DNA of 47,337 nucleotides from a virus (Duplodnaviria > Caudoviricetes). Within the stretch, counting starts at the first letter, position 1, and the number at the start of each line of letters is the position of its first letter. The position numbers and the translations under genes are program-made. Location: positions 1 through 47,337 of IMG/VR virus record IMGVR_UViG_3300044233_000745. One strand, given 5' to 3'. The notes under the pieces were generated by a model that had not been told where the DNA came from, did no database searches, and was given only the letters and a program-made list of their open reading frames with translations. Below are positions 35,855-45,867 of the stretch, piece after piece.

Positions 35855-36789
35855 TTGAAATCACACTCCACCATGATTTCGGTCAGACAGGCAACCAAGT
35901 TGATTTCTTGGTCCACCACAAATGCTGACTTGTATTGGTAGTCGGCAATGATTGTGACCAGTTGTGGAATCGATTGTGGTTGAAGAAAGTCAGATGCGCT
36001 GTCGTAAATCTTACGAAAGATTGTACTCACATCGTTGTGGATATTTGTTGCTACCCACTTTCGCATATTGGTAAACTCTTTATCTCGCAGTGACTTTACC
36101 AAGTCGCTGATTGAAACATCACCCACAGAAGAGAGGATACCAACATCAATTTGACCACCAGTTCCATAACGCTGAAGTTCATTCAGAATCCTCCGATTAT
36201 CAGGGAAGTATTTCTTGATGACTTCTGCCAAGACTTGATTATCAAACTTGACACTCTCCATCTTGAGAATTTCTTTACATCGCTTGTAAAATTCTGCCGC
36301 CATCTCTGTAATTTCCGACTTCGGTATTGTAAAATCTACAACCGAACAACGAGAGTGTAGAGGTGCGATGATTCGGTTCTTGAAGTTACAAGTCAGAATG
36401 AACCCACAGTTCTTTGAGAACTCTTCCATAAAGTTACGGAGTGCAGGTTGGGTTGACTGTGGGTTGAGATAATCTGCCTCATCCAAAATGACATACTTGC
36501 GACCACCTGACAAACTGACAGTAGAAGCAAAGTTCTTTATTTCAGTTCGCAGAGTATCAATGTTTCCATTCATCGAACCATTGATGGTGATGTAAGTACA
36601 ACCCATCTCATTCAGCATTGCCTTGGCAATCGTTGTCTTACCGACACCCGCACCACCACTCAACAGTAGATTGGGAATGTTGTCTTGGTTGACAAACTCT
36701 TGGAATGTTCTTTTTAGTTCATTCGGTAGAATCGTCTCAGCAACAGAGTTGGGGCGATATTTCTCCACCCATAGAAAATCTTCACGCAT
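35851..36789 (-). CDS. gp44: clamp loader large subunit
   Basis: LWVEKYRP, GVGKTT, DEAD and SRC motifs. Confidence 0.96.
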   Translation of the reverse strand: MREDFLWVEKYRPNSVAETILPNELKRTFQEFVNQDNIPNLLLSGGAGVGKTTIAKAMLNEMGCTYITINGSMNGNIDTLRTEIKNFASTVSLSGGRKYVILDEADYLNPQSTQPALRNFMEEFSKNCGFILTCNFKNRIIAPLHSRCSVVDFTIPKSEITEMAAEFYKRCKEILKMESVKFDNQVLAEVIKKYFPDNRRILNELQRYGTGGQIDVGILSSVGDVSISDLVKSLRDKEFTNMRKWVATNIHNDVSTIFRKIYDSASDFLQPQSIPQLVTIIADYQYKSAFVVDQEINLVACLTEIMVECDFK

Positions 36790-36805
36790 TTCATAATCCT
36801 ATCAA

Positions 36806-37471
36806 TCAGTTGTCGTAAGTAGAACCCACTTCGTTTGCCACCCAATACTGAACAGTATCGTCGTCATTAGTGAAGTGTGTAATACCTTTCTCACTGACTG
36901 AAACCAAATAATCAGTTAGGATAAGTTTTAGATTTTCTACTTTGTAAATGAAACGGAACGTCTTGTTTGTTTCGCCAACTTCATACGAGTATGCATTTGA
37001 AGTATCGTTCTTGGTGTTCGTCGCACCAACACGGATTGAACTACCGTCACCTTGGATGATCACTTCTGGCAGACCCAATACATTTGCTGCTTGAAGTACA
37101 GACTTCAATGTCTTTGCTGACAACTTGAATTGAACCTCAACACTTGGAAGATTCAAATCCTTTTCGGGGGCAGTCGTAATCATTGACGGATCAGCATAAA
37201 AGTACCGAATCGAACCAGAACCATTCTTAGCAGTCAAACTGCTTTCTCCAAAATCAAAGTTAGGATCATCAAGAAGAGACACTGACCCCAAAAACTGGTT
37301 CAAGTCATAAATCGCAAACCGTCGAGGGAATGATTCATCGACTGTTGCCTTCGCAATCAAAGTCTTTCCCTCTGTGACAGTTCGCAACACACTACCCTCA
37401 TTGAAGAGTAGTGAGTTATTGATACCTGAGAAATTCTTCAGAATCTCATTAGTGCGTTGTGATAATTTCAT
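36806..37471 (-). CDS. gp45: sliding clamp
   Basis: LKNFSGIN and IYDLNQFL motifs; synteny. Confidence 0.95.
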   Translation of the reverse strand: MKLSQRTNEILKNFSGINNSLLFNEGSVLRTVTEGKTLIAKATVDESFPRRFAIYDLNQFLGSVSLLDDPNFDFGESSLTAKNGSGSIRYFYADPSMITTAPEKDLNLPSVEVQFKLSAKTLKSVLQAANVLGLPEVIIQGDGSSIRVGATNTKNDTSNAYSYEVGETNKTFRFIYKVENLKLILTDYLVSVSEKGITHFTNDDDTVQYWVANEVGSTYDN

Positions 37472-37486
37472 AATCTAATACTTCCT

Positions 37487-38350
37487 TCACTTTTTACTTT
37501 TCAATGATGCGGGATCAGCAGTTGCCGATGCTCCGACAGATGCGATTGCTTGTAGCGAACCGCCAAATACATAAGAACCAACATGACTCAACTCCATCCA
37601 CGGGCACATCCAAACAGCAATACCTGCCTTTCTTGCCCACTGACAGAACATATAATCTTCTGACAAATAACGTTTTGTATCTTCGTCAATCACGGTATCA
37701 AAGTATGCCATGATTTCACGAGAACCATCAAAGTGCTTAGTACGAATATGGTCTGGTTTATAACTATACTCTGGATAAGCATTAGCAAATTTCTCAAATG
37801 CTGAACGTTGCACCATCATAAATCCAGTGCCACCTTCCATCACCTCAACAGGTTCATCAAGACGCATTTCAACTTGACCCGCCACAGGGTTGAACACATA
37901 GTCACCAACCAATTGATCTAACTTGTTTGGGTCATCGTCTGCCCATCCTTTATCCACTGCCATCTTGATTTTTTCCCAAGCAATGGTTTTCTTTGGATAG
38001 GGACCGCACATGATTTCTTTCTTTTCACCATCAGGTGCATCTGGGTCCATCAATGCCATGAGTGCCATCACATCATTTGGGTCAAACCCAATATCAGAGT
38101 CAATAAACATCAGGTGCGTAAAATCTGATCGCATGAACTCATCAACTAGATAATTTCTTGCTCTTGTAATGAGTGATTCGTTGAACAGATAAAAGAAACG
38201 AACTGACACACCATACTGTGTTGCCATCATTGCTAGATCAGCAGTGGACTTTGTATACATACCTGCACACTGACCACCGTACATTGGAGTTGCAATGAAT
38301 AGTTTACGCTTTCGCAATTCATCCAATTCAACTGTGACTTCAATTGCCAT
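37487..38350 (-). CDS. GT-A fold glycosyltransferase-like protein
   Basis: ATPMYGG, ESLITRARN, FIDSD, GTGFM and SEDY motifs. Confidence 0.75.
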   Translation of the reverse strand: MAIEVTVELDELRKRKLFIATPMYGGQCAGMYTKSTADLAMMATQYGVSVRFFYLFNESLITRARNYLVDEFMRSDFTHLMFIDSDIGFDPNDVMALMALMDPDAPDGEKKEIMCGPYPKKTIAWEKIKMAVDKGWADDDPNKLDQLVGDYVFNPVAGQVEMRLDEPVEVMEGGTGFMMVQRSAFEKFANAYPEYSYKPDHIRTKHFDGSREIMAYFDTVIDEDTKRYLSEDYMFCQWARKAGIAVWMCPWMELSHVGSYVFGGSLQAIASVGASATADPASLKSKK

Positions 38351-38373
38351 TATATATCCTCATTGTATGACAT

Positions 38374-38399
38374 AAAAAAGTGGGGGCATTGCACCCCCA
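38374..38399 (-). terminator. intrinsic terminator after the AAA gene
   Basis: TGGGGG...CCCCCA hairpin followed by C and 6 T. Confidence 0.8.
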
Positions 38400-38406
38400 T
38401 GCGGTT

Positions 38407-38414
38407 TATTTATA
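38407..38414 (-). promoter_or_regulatory. T4-type late promoter TATAAATA
   Basis: Exact consensus just before the terminator hairpin. Confidence 0.55.
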
Positions 38415-38418
38415 CTCA

Positions 38419-39588
38419 TTAGAAGGGAACATCACCAACTTTTTCTTCTGTTGATTCTTCAACTTCATCTACACCCTCGTCAATCTTGGTGTAGAGTTCA
38501 CGGAATGCCGACTTGGTTTCTTCATCGAAACGATTGATACACATGTCGATTGACTTCATGCGATCATCAAAGATTGCAAATGCCTTTGAGATGTGAACCA
38601 AACGACGAGTCGAAATCAGTTCATCAATCGCACCATCGTAGTAAGTCTTACGGATGATGTCTGCCCAATCGACCAACTTCTCAGAGAACTCAATGTCAGT
38701 GACACCCAAGTCAGCAAAGACACCTTTGAGAATCCTCTTCTCAATCGTAACCGATGGATATTCTTGCTCGACTGTGATTGGGAAACGCTCAAGGAATGCT
38801 TCGTTCATTACGTTAGTTCCGATGAAACGTCCATCGTCAGAACCCTTACCCTTGGTGTTCGCAGTGGCAATGATTTGGAATCCTTGCTTTGGTTTGACCA
38901 ACTCACCTGTCTTCTTGACAAAGTAAGGTTTACCCTCAAGCACTGACTGAAGACACATAATCTTCGCAGGGTTTGCAAGGTCAATCTCGTCAAGCAGAAG
39001 AACCGCACCTCGCTCCATTGCCTTGATGACGGGACCTTTGGCATACTTGGTCTCACCATTAATCAAACGGAAACCACCCATCAAATCATCTTCATCAGTT
39101 TCAGCAGTGAGGTTCACACGGATCATCTCACGCTTTGCTTCTGCACAAGACTGTTCAACCATGAACGTCTTACCATTACCTGACAAACCAGTAATGTAGC
39201 AAGGATAGAACAAACCAGACTTGATAATCTTTGCAATGTCTGCATACTGTCCGAACTTGACGTAGAGTGCGTCACGCTCTGGAATCAGAGATGTGCTATC
39301 AAACTCTGTCTGTGCGTTTGGATTGAACGGAATCACTTCTGCTGTCTGTGCCATTGCAACTGTTGCACTTGGTTGAGGTTGTGGTTCAAGACCCAGAACC
39401 TCTGGAAGTTTGAACATGCCGTGACCGACACGATACTCTTTTTGCTTCAACCAGTTTGGTTTCTGCATACCGATTTCATCAGCAAGGGTATCAATCATAC
39501 CACGACTCATAACAGCACCAACACCGTAACGGGCAGATGCCTCTTTCACAAATTTCAATTGGGATGGACGCATGGTCACTCCTTTCAT
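38419..39588 (-). CDS. MoxR-type AAA+ ATPase (phage CobS-like)
   Basis: GLSGNGKT, LLDEID, TANTKG and AFLERF motifs. Confidence 0.9.
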   Translation of the reverse strand: MKGVTMRPSQLKFVKEASARYGVGAVMSRGMIDTLADEIGMQKPNWLKQKEYRVGHGMFKLPEVLGLEPQPQPSATVAMAQTAEVIPFNPNAQTEFDSTSLIPERDALYVKFGQYADIAKIIKSGLFYPCYITGLSGNGKTFMVEQSCAEAKREMIRVNLTAETDEDDLMGGFRLINGETKYAKGPVIKAMERGAVLLLDEIDLANPAKIMCLQSVLEGKPYFVKKTGELVKPKQGFQIIATANTKGKGSDDGRFIGTNVMNEAFLERFPITVEQEYPSVTIEKRILKGVFADLGVTDIEFSEKLVDWADIIRKTYYDGAIDELISTRRLVHISKAFAIFDDRMKSIDMCINRFDEETKSAFRELYTKIDEGVDEVEESTEEKVGDVPF

Positions 39589-39614
39589 AATGTATTTCTC
39601 TCAACTCAGACTAG

Positions 39615-39644
39615 ATTGTCTCATGGATTGGGGGTCTGAGTCAA
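39615..39644 (-). promoter_or_regulatory. early promoter TTGACT-18-GACAAT (TGn)
   Basis: -10 region and leader resemble the promoter at 698-726. Confidence 0.55.
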
Positions 39645-39669
39645 CCCCCTCGCCATTGTATTTTTCAAT

Positions 39670-41901
39670 CTAAGCAACCTTCTCAATAAAGGAACTCAAT
39701 ATCTTACGAGATGTCTCACGACCTTTGTTTGCCTTGAGGAATGCTGACTTGATAGCACCCTTCTTTGCACCCGACTCCACTTTCTCCATTGAAGAGTTCG
39801 CAGTGTGAAGTTCGTTGCCACCCGCAATGATGTAGTTCTCAGTGAACCCTTTATTGCGAATGATCAATGCTTTCTCTTTGGTGAACTGCTTACAAGCAGT
39901 CTCAATCTCGTGGTAGCGATCATATGATTCCTGACCACGAATGCCGTGACGAGACTTGTAAACACCGTGGAAGTTTCGCTTGTTCTTGTTGATAATGTGG
40001 AATCCGATGACTTCTGCCTGAGTGCGGTCACGCAGAATGTTCAAAAGTGTTTCGGTCTGATTCCACCCACCCGCTTGACCTTTATATTCTTTGCGAGTCT
40101 TAGGATCAACATAGACAATCTGATACCTGTAATCGCTTAGTCCAGTAATTTTGCCATTTTCATCAAGATATTCACCAACAGGATGACTATCACCATCTGT
40201 GATGAACACTGTGTTGACGACTTGAAGATTGTTTGCCTTCTTGAAGTCTGGAACCAAGTCCAATGCCAACACGATTGCATGGTTCATCGGAGTGCCACCC
40301 AACATAAACTGTGTACCGTATGGGGCAGGTGGTGTCTCTGCTTTGTACCCACGATAGTTTACGAATGACTTGGCAACTAGAAGTAACAACTTGCAAGCAG
40401 TGTCCATCTCCCGTTTGTTCATATCAGAAGACAAAAACTCTAGAAGAGTGATTCTTCGATCAAGATAGAGGTCATGCGGTTTGTAACCAAGTTCTTCAAA
40501 TTTCACATCACACGCTAATCGATCAGAGAATGCGTACACATGGAATGGAATGTTCACTTTCTGACAGAACAATGCGAGGTTGATTGCCTGTTCCATCATT
40601 CCGTAAATGTGCTCACAGATAGAACCCGACCAATCGAGGAACATCACCAAACCGTGATTCTTACCACCAGTAACATTTGCAACACGAGCAAACACATCGT
40701 CACTGAACTTGTAAGAGTGAAGTTTGTTGACATCAAGCACACCTGACTTTGCAGTAGAAGTTCGCTTGTATTCATCAGCACGTTTTTTCATCTCAAACTC
40801 TTTGGCAAGATATTGAACTGCCTTGGTGTTGTCTCGCTTGAATGTTGCCAACAACTTGTCACCCAAGTCGGAGTTTGCCATATCACCACGGATAGTGGTT
40901 GGTTGTTTTGAGTAGTAGAACTCAGATAACTCGCTAAACACTTGCTTATAAGGAACGATGAACTTGCCATATGGAAGTTTTGGAAGATTGACATATTTCC
41001 AATCTTTTGCTTCCTCATCAACCAATGCTTCTTCATTCTTGCGGAATGCTTCATCGGTCTTTGAACTGAGAGCATCCAAACCGAACCCACCCTCTTGACC
41101 ATTTGTGGTCTTTTCTGCAGGTTTCTCTACTTGCTCTTCTTCTTCATTCCCAACCTCAGATTCTCCTGAGTCCTCTGCCTCTGCCTTATCGTCTTCAGAT
41201 TCTTTCTCCTCAGAATCTTGCGTCTCGCCACTTTCAGAACTCTCATCTTCTTGTTCTCCTTGGTCTTGTGGCATCTCCATCTGCTCACCGTCATCCTCTT
41301 CACCACTCTGTGGTTCGTTGAATGATGATTGGTCAGTCTGAGACTCTTGCTCTTCTTGCTTCTCTTTCATGAACTCATAAATGCGAGTCGCAAGATCAAC
41401 AACATCATCAAAGGTTACCAAGTCATCACACGCATCAACAAAGACTTGCTCTTCAGCATCGAACTTGATGGTGCTGAGTGCACCCAACTTTGTGTGAATA
41501 TTGATACGGTCAATAAGATTTAGAGTGTCGAGATCAACGTCTTTGATTCCAAAGAAATCACGGTCGATCAGTTCACGATAACCCTTGTAAAAGTCACGCT
41601 TGATACCAGGGAACTTTGCCTTGATCATGCGTTCAATACGAGCATCTTCGATGACATTCAAGAATCCTTTGAACGTAGCACCCTTCTCGCACACAGCACC
41701 GTGCCACCCCTGTTCTGGGGTGTGCAGTGCGTGAGATACTTCGTGAGCGATTAGAAGGTTGTAGAGTTCGTTGGTCATATCCTTCCAGATAGGAAGGTTG
41801 ACGATACGATTCTTGAGATCAAAGTATGCGGTAGGAATCTTTTTGTGCTCAACCCTGACATTCTCAGTGGCAAGCAATTTGGTCAGAATCTCTTTACTCA
41901 T
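39670..41901 (-). CDS. metallopeptidase-like + VWA (CobT-like) protein
   Basis: HEVSH, acidic linker, MIDAS DWSGS, GGTP and ITDG motifs. Confidence 0.88.
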   Translation of the reverse strand: MSKEILTKLLATENVRVEHKKIPTAYFDLKNRIVNLPIWKDMTNELYNLLIAHEVSHALHTPEQGWHGAVCEKGATFKGFLNVIEDARIERMIKAKFPGIKRDFYKGYRELIDRDFFGIKDVDLDTLNLIDRINIHTKLGALSTIKFDAEEQVFVDACDDLVTFDDVVDLATRIYEFMKEKQEEQESQTDQSSFNEPQSGEEDDGEQMEMPQDQGEQEDESSESGETQDSEEKESEDDKAEAEDSGESEVGNEEEEQVEKPAEKTTNGQEGGFGLDALSSKTDEAFRKNEEALVDEEAKDWKYVNLPKLPYGKFIVPYKQVFSELSEFYYSKQPTTIRGDMANSDLGDKLLATFKRDNTKAVQYLAKEFEMKKRADEYKRTSTAKSGVLDVNKLHSYKFSDDVFARVANVTGGKNHGLVMFLDWSGSICEHIYGMMEQAINLALFCQKVNIPFHVYAFSDRLACDVKFEELGYKPHDLYLDRRITLLEFLSSDMNKREMDTACKLLLLVAKSFVNYRGYKAETPPAPYGTQFMLGGTPMNHAIVLALDLVPDFKKANNLQVVNTVFITDGDSHPVGEYLDENGKITGLSDYRYQIVYVDPKTRKEYKGQAGGWNQTETLLNILRDRTQAEVIGFHIINKNKRNFHGVYKSRHGIRGQESYDRYHEIETACKQFTKEKALIIRNKGFTENYIIAGGNELHTANSSMEKVESGAKKGAIKSAFLKANKGRETSRKILSSFIEKVA

Positions 41902-41924
41902 ACTTTCTCCTCATTACGATAGTA

Positions 41925-41953
41925 AGTATAAGCGATTATGGGGGTAGAGTCAA
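41925..41953 (-). promoter_or_regulatory. early promoter TTGACT-17-TATACT
   Basis: Near-consensus; GAGGAG SD downstream. Confidence 0.8.
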
Positions 41954-42017
41954 TCCGTTTGTTTATAATATTTATTTCTTAGAAATCAAATGCTTATAAC
42001 ATTTTGTTCAACAAATT

Positions 42018-43109
42018 CTACCCAATATATTCATGTGCATAGCATAATCTTCCAGAGTGTTTCAACAGGTACTCTTTACTGTACTTCTTGCTCTTGCGGG
42101 GATTCGGTAACGCATTCTCACGCACCATGTAATCTCCCCGTGCTTCTTTGTTATGTGCAGTCGGTCTCCACTTTGCGGATTGCTCTCGATACTCACCCAT
42201 CCTTGGATGTGCTGTCTTACTAAAGAACCGTTTATTAGTTTGGATGTGGATTTCACCTAACGCATCAGAGATTCTAACACCGATGCCCATTCCTTGAAAA
42301 TCTGGCAACATAACAGTCCTATGCTCTCGCCATGCGTTTCGCATCGCATTAGGTTGTGCTATTGAAGAAGCAAATCCAACGGGAGTGTCGTTCCAGACTG
42401 CGATCCAACACCGTGCACTTTTATTAATGTCTTGTGTGAGATAGTGATGGTGCTTGAACATTTCCCATGCATCGATTGAGCAAGGTAAGATTTCCACCTT
42501 GATTTTGGGTCGTTGAAGTGACCCCCTTGGTAACACTTCTTGTGCCACCGTGTCATATACCCAATCGGGTTGTAACCAATCAATAATATCATAGTGACAA
42601 GACGCAAGAGTAATCCGTTGTACATTGTGTTTTCTAACATACTTAGAAAATGCTAAAGAACATGACTTCGCAACATTTCGATCTACTACTGAGGTGAACT
42701 CATCAATCACTGCACCATCTTTTATCTTTCTAGAAAGGTCTGCACGAAATGCCTCACCGTTCGACAACACATGGTATGGTCTCATCCAAGATGGTACTGT
42801 GTTGAACCCCACCGCACCAAACTTTTCAACTGCATCGTCGGCACTATCAAAATGAGATGCCACAGATTTGATCTTTGACCAAAATGGATTGCCGGTCGAA
42901 CCAAACTCTTTGAGTAGACTTGATTTGCCAGAACCTGAAGGACCCACAATCAATCCGATATTATATGGTTGATCGATATACATTTGCCTATCAAATGTAG
43001 AGATTTGTGGAATATCAAATTTACTGATGCCACTAAACTTATAGTCAAACATCCGACTTAGTTCAGTAGTGATTTCATCCGGTGTTACACCAATTTGTTT
43101 AGTTTTCAT
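42018..43109 (-). CDS. ABC-type ATPase fused to GNAT-like acetyltransferase
   Basis: GPSGSGKS, LSNGE and IDEFTS; C-terminal PDFQGMGIG acetyl-CoA motif. Confidence 0.85.
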   Translation of the reverse strand: MKTKQIGVTPDEITTELSRMFDYKFSGISKFDIPQISTFDRQMYIDQPYNIGLIVGPSGSGKSSLLKEFGSTGNPFWSKIKSVASHFDSADDAVEKFGAVGFNTVPSWMRPYHVLSNGEAFRADLSRKIKDGAVIDEFTSVVDRNVAKSCSLAFSKYVRKHNVQRITLASCHYDIIDWLQPDWVYDTVAQEVLPRGSLQRPKIKVEILPCSIDAWEMFKHHHYLTQDINKSARCWIAVWNDTPVGFASSIAQPNAMRNAWREHRTVMLPDFQGMGIGVRISDALGEIHIQTNKRFFSKTAHPRMGEYREQSAKWRPTAHNKEARGDYMVRENALPNPRKSKKYSKEYLLKHSGRLCYAHEYIG

Positions 43110-44815
43110 TTCGCAATCCTACTAAAATTTTTGTGCTTCTCAAATCGAATGACTGACCTAAACTTGTCATACAAAATGTCACCTTTATGTGATATAACAA
43201 ACACATTTGTATCATCTAAAGATGAATGTATCAGTTTGAGAAACTCGTCACACCCATTGGTATCAAGTGACGCATCAAACACTTCATCAAGAACCAACAG
43301 GTTGGTGTTGGTTGAGTTCTTCAGTTTTGATACTGCTCTCCAAGTAAACAGTAGTGCCAAGTCAATTCGCATCTTCTCACCTTCAGAGAATGATGCATAG
43401 GTAAAGTCATCACGATGCCTAGATAGAATCTTCTCGTCAAAGTTCTCGTCTAGTTCAAACTGCACAAAGAACTCCATTGCCGCTAGATACTTATTCACCA
43501 ACTTGTTGATGATTGGCACATACTGTTTGATAATGCGTGACTTAACACCACTGTCTTTCAGTAAAACAGATGCGATGTCTAGGAGTTCCTTTTCCCCTAA
43601 TAAGGACTCTTTCTGTGTTCGGTAATCTGTGAGTTGTGTCTCAAGTTCAGCAATCTTTGAATTTTCTGAGTCGAGAACAGTGTTCTGTAGGTTTTCGATT
43701 TCATCTTGAACCGTTTGGATGTTTGCATCAATGTCACGAGTTCGCTTGTATAGTAAGACCCCTTGTTGAGTTTTCTTAGAATGTTCTTCCGCTTTAGTTT
43801 CAATCGAGTCAAGTTGTCCCCGAATCGTGTCCCATTCAGATTTTGTGTCTCTGCTCTGATTCTGTAAATCAATAATCTTGCTCTTTCGTTGGGCGGTATG
43901 TGTTGCGGCAACGAGTTCATCCAGTTCTTGCTCACAAGTCGGGCAGTGGTCGTTATCTTCATAGAACTTTATCTCTTTATTGAGTCGTTTGATTTCATCT
44001 TCTAGTCTTTGCTCTGTTCTTTCAACTTTCCGAATCTGATCTCTAAGTCTTTCTGTGTCTCCAATGTTTTCTGCGAGAACTTTGACTTCTTGTGCCAGTT
44101 GCTTTCCTTGTTTGATGATTTCTGTTTTTTCATCTTGATACTCTTTGATTAGTTCCTGTTTTACCTTTACACCGTCTTTCTGTTGCTGTTGCTTCTCTTT
44201 CAGATTCTGCTTTTGAATCTGTAATCTATCATCTGAAAGTTTGATGTTGTAGTCAACATCGTTGCGCTCACCTTTATTGGTTGCGATACGTTCTTTGAGC
44301 AACTGCCCCATCGACGAGAAGATGCCGATGTCGAGCAAGTCTTCAATTACCATTCGACGGTCTGCTGCTTTGAGTTGCATAAACGGAGTGAATGACGCAT
44401 TGCCAAGAATCACAATCTGCGTAAACGACTTGAAGTTCAGTCGTAAAATTTGTCGTTCTAGTGTATCTTGATAATCTCGCTTTGATCCAGGTTGGTTAAG
44501 TAGTTTGTCATCCTGATAGATTTCAAACTTAGCAGGTTTCTGCCCACGCACCACCTTGTATTTCCGATTGCCAATGTGGAACTCAATCTCAACCAAACAA
44601 TCTCTCTCATTGATTGAGTTAATGAGTTGCCCTTTCTTAACTTTTCGGAATGGTTTGTCAAACAGAACAAAACAAAGTGCGTCTAGAATAGTGGACTTAC
44701 CCGCACCGTTCTCACCGATAATCAGTGTGTTTAGTGATCGAGTAAAGTCAACCTCTGTAAAGTGATTTCCAGTTGAAAGTAGATTCTTCCAACGAATCTT
44801 TTCAAAGATAATCAT
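43106..44815 (-). CDS. gp46: recombination endonuclease ATPase subunit (Rad50-like)
   Basis: GENGAGKS, CPTC hook, FSEGE and LDEVFD motifs. Confidence 0.96.
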   Translation of the reverse strand: MIIFEKIRWKNLLSTGNHFTEVDFTRSLNTLIIGENGAGKSTILDALCFVLFDKPFRKVKKGQLINSINERDCLVEIEFHIGNRKYKVVRGQKPAKFEIYQDDKLLNQPGSKRDYQDTLERQILRLNFKSFTQIVILGNASFTPFMQLKAADRRMVIEDLLDIGIFSSMGQLLKERIATNKGERNDVDYNIKLSDDRLQIQKQNLKEKQQQQKDGVKVKQELIKEYQDEKTEIIKQGKQLAQEVKVLAENIGDTERLRDQIRKVERTEQRLEDEIKRLNKEIKFYEDNDHCPTCEQELDELVAATHTAQRKSKIIDLQNQSRDTKSEWDTIRGQLDSIETKAEEHSKKTQQGVLLYKRTRDIDANIQTVQDEIENLQNTVLDSENSKIAELETQLTDYRTQKESLLGEKELLDIASVLLKDSGVKSRIIKQYVPIINKLVNKYLAAMEFFVQFELDENFDEKILSRHRDDFTYASFSEGEKMRIDLALLFTWRAVSKLKNSTNTNLLVLDEVFDASLDTNGCDEFLKLIHSSLDDTNVFVISHKGDILYDKFRSVIRFEKHKNFSRIAK

Positions 44816-45867
44816 TCGATATAAAGTGCCTCAGTATACAAATCATTCAACAAACCAGACAGTTTCTTTTTATCAACATCTGATTCTATACCATCAACAT
44901 ACTTGTTGAGAATTGTCAGTGTGTCTTCGGCATCCATAATCTCTTCATCTTTTTCCAAATCCAAGTTCTTATTATCCTCAACAATTGTCAGATGTGTGGG
45001 GTCACACTTATAGAGTTTGTCGAGGAACTGGTCGAACCAATATGGGTTCTTTTTGGTCTGAACGATGACTTTAATATACTTACCCTTGAAGTGGTCAAAG
45101 TCCAAGTTCATCATCTGATCTAAATTATACTGATCATCGTTATACCATACTTTATGGAACATGCGAATCGGATTCTGGATGAACTCCAATTCACGAGTGT
45201 CTGTATCAAAAATGTGGAAACCACGAGGATCATCATAGTCACCCCAAGTTATCTCATATGGATTGCCCAAGTATGTGATATTGCCCTGTGTAGATTTATG
45301 ATGGAAGTGACCCGACAATACCATATCAAACTTTTGGAAGTGCTTGATTGGCATCCCGTGGTCACAAGTTTGACCTCGCATCATTTCAAATCCTGCAATC
45401 TCAAAGTGACCGAACATCACTTGTGCGTCTGTCTGCTCCATCTTATTGATTGCGGAGTTGTAGTTGGTGTTGTTTATCCACGGCATCATCAGAATCTTGA
45501 GACCGTCAAATGATGCCTCTTGTGTCTCCCAATAAATTTTACCTACGGAACTACCAAAGATTTCACGCATTGCATTGATATCATTTGTATTTCGGTAGGG
45601 GATGTCGTGGTTACCGACAATACAGTGGAAGTTGATGTTTCGATCTGCCATTGGTTGCACAAAATGATCCCTAAATGATCTGAGTGTAACATAAGAAATA
45701 AACTTTCTCCGATCAACAATATCTCCCAAGTGAACAATAGTGTCAATGTCGTGATCATCAATATAAGGAAAAAACACGTTATCATAGAAGTCAGTAAAAT
45801 AGTCAGTAAATACCTGAGAATCATTTCTTGCCCCCCAATGCGTGTCGGTGATCAGTGCAATCTTCAT
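44812..45867 (-). CDS. gp47: recombination endonuclease nuclease subunit (Mre11-like)
   Basis: DTHWG, GD..DRRK, GNHD and GHFH motifs. Confidence 0.96.
   Translation of the reverse strand: MKIALITDTHWGARNDSQVFTDYFTDFYDNVFFPYIDDHDIDTIVHLGDIVDRRKFISYVTLRSFRDHFVQPMADRNINFHCIVGNHDIPYRNTNDINAMREIFGSSVGKIYWETQEASFDGLKILMMPWINNTNYNSAINKMEQTDAQVMFGHFEIAGFEMMRGQTCDHGMPIKHFQKFDMVLSGHFHHKSTQGNITYLGNPYEITWGDYDDPRGFHIFDTDTRELEFIQNPIRMFHKVWYNDDQYNLDQMMNLDFDHFKGKYIKVIVQTKKNPYWFDQFLDKLYKCDPTHLTIVEDNKNLDLEKDEEIMDAEDTLTILNKYVDGIESDVDKKKLSGLLNDLYTEALYIE

Noticed and set aside
38419-39588. Cobalamin-synthesis auxiliary gene cobS
   Set aside because: Generic MoxR AAA paired with a peptidase-VWA protein; no other cobalamin genes present.
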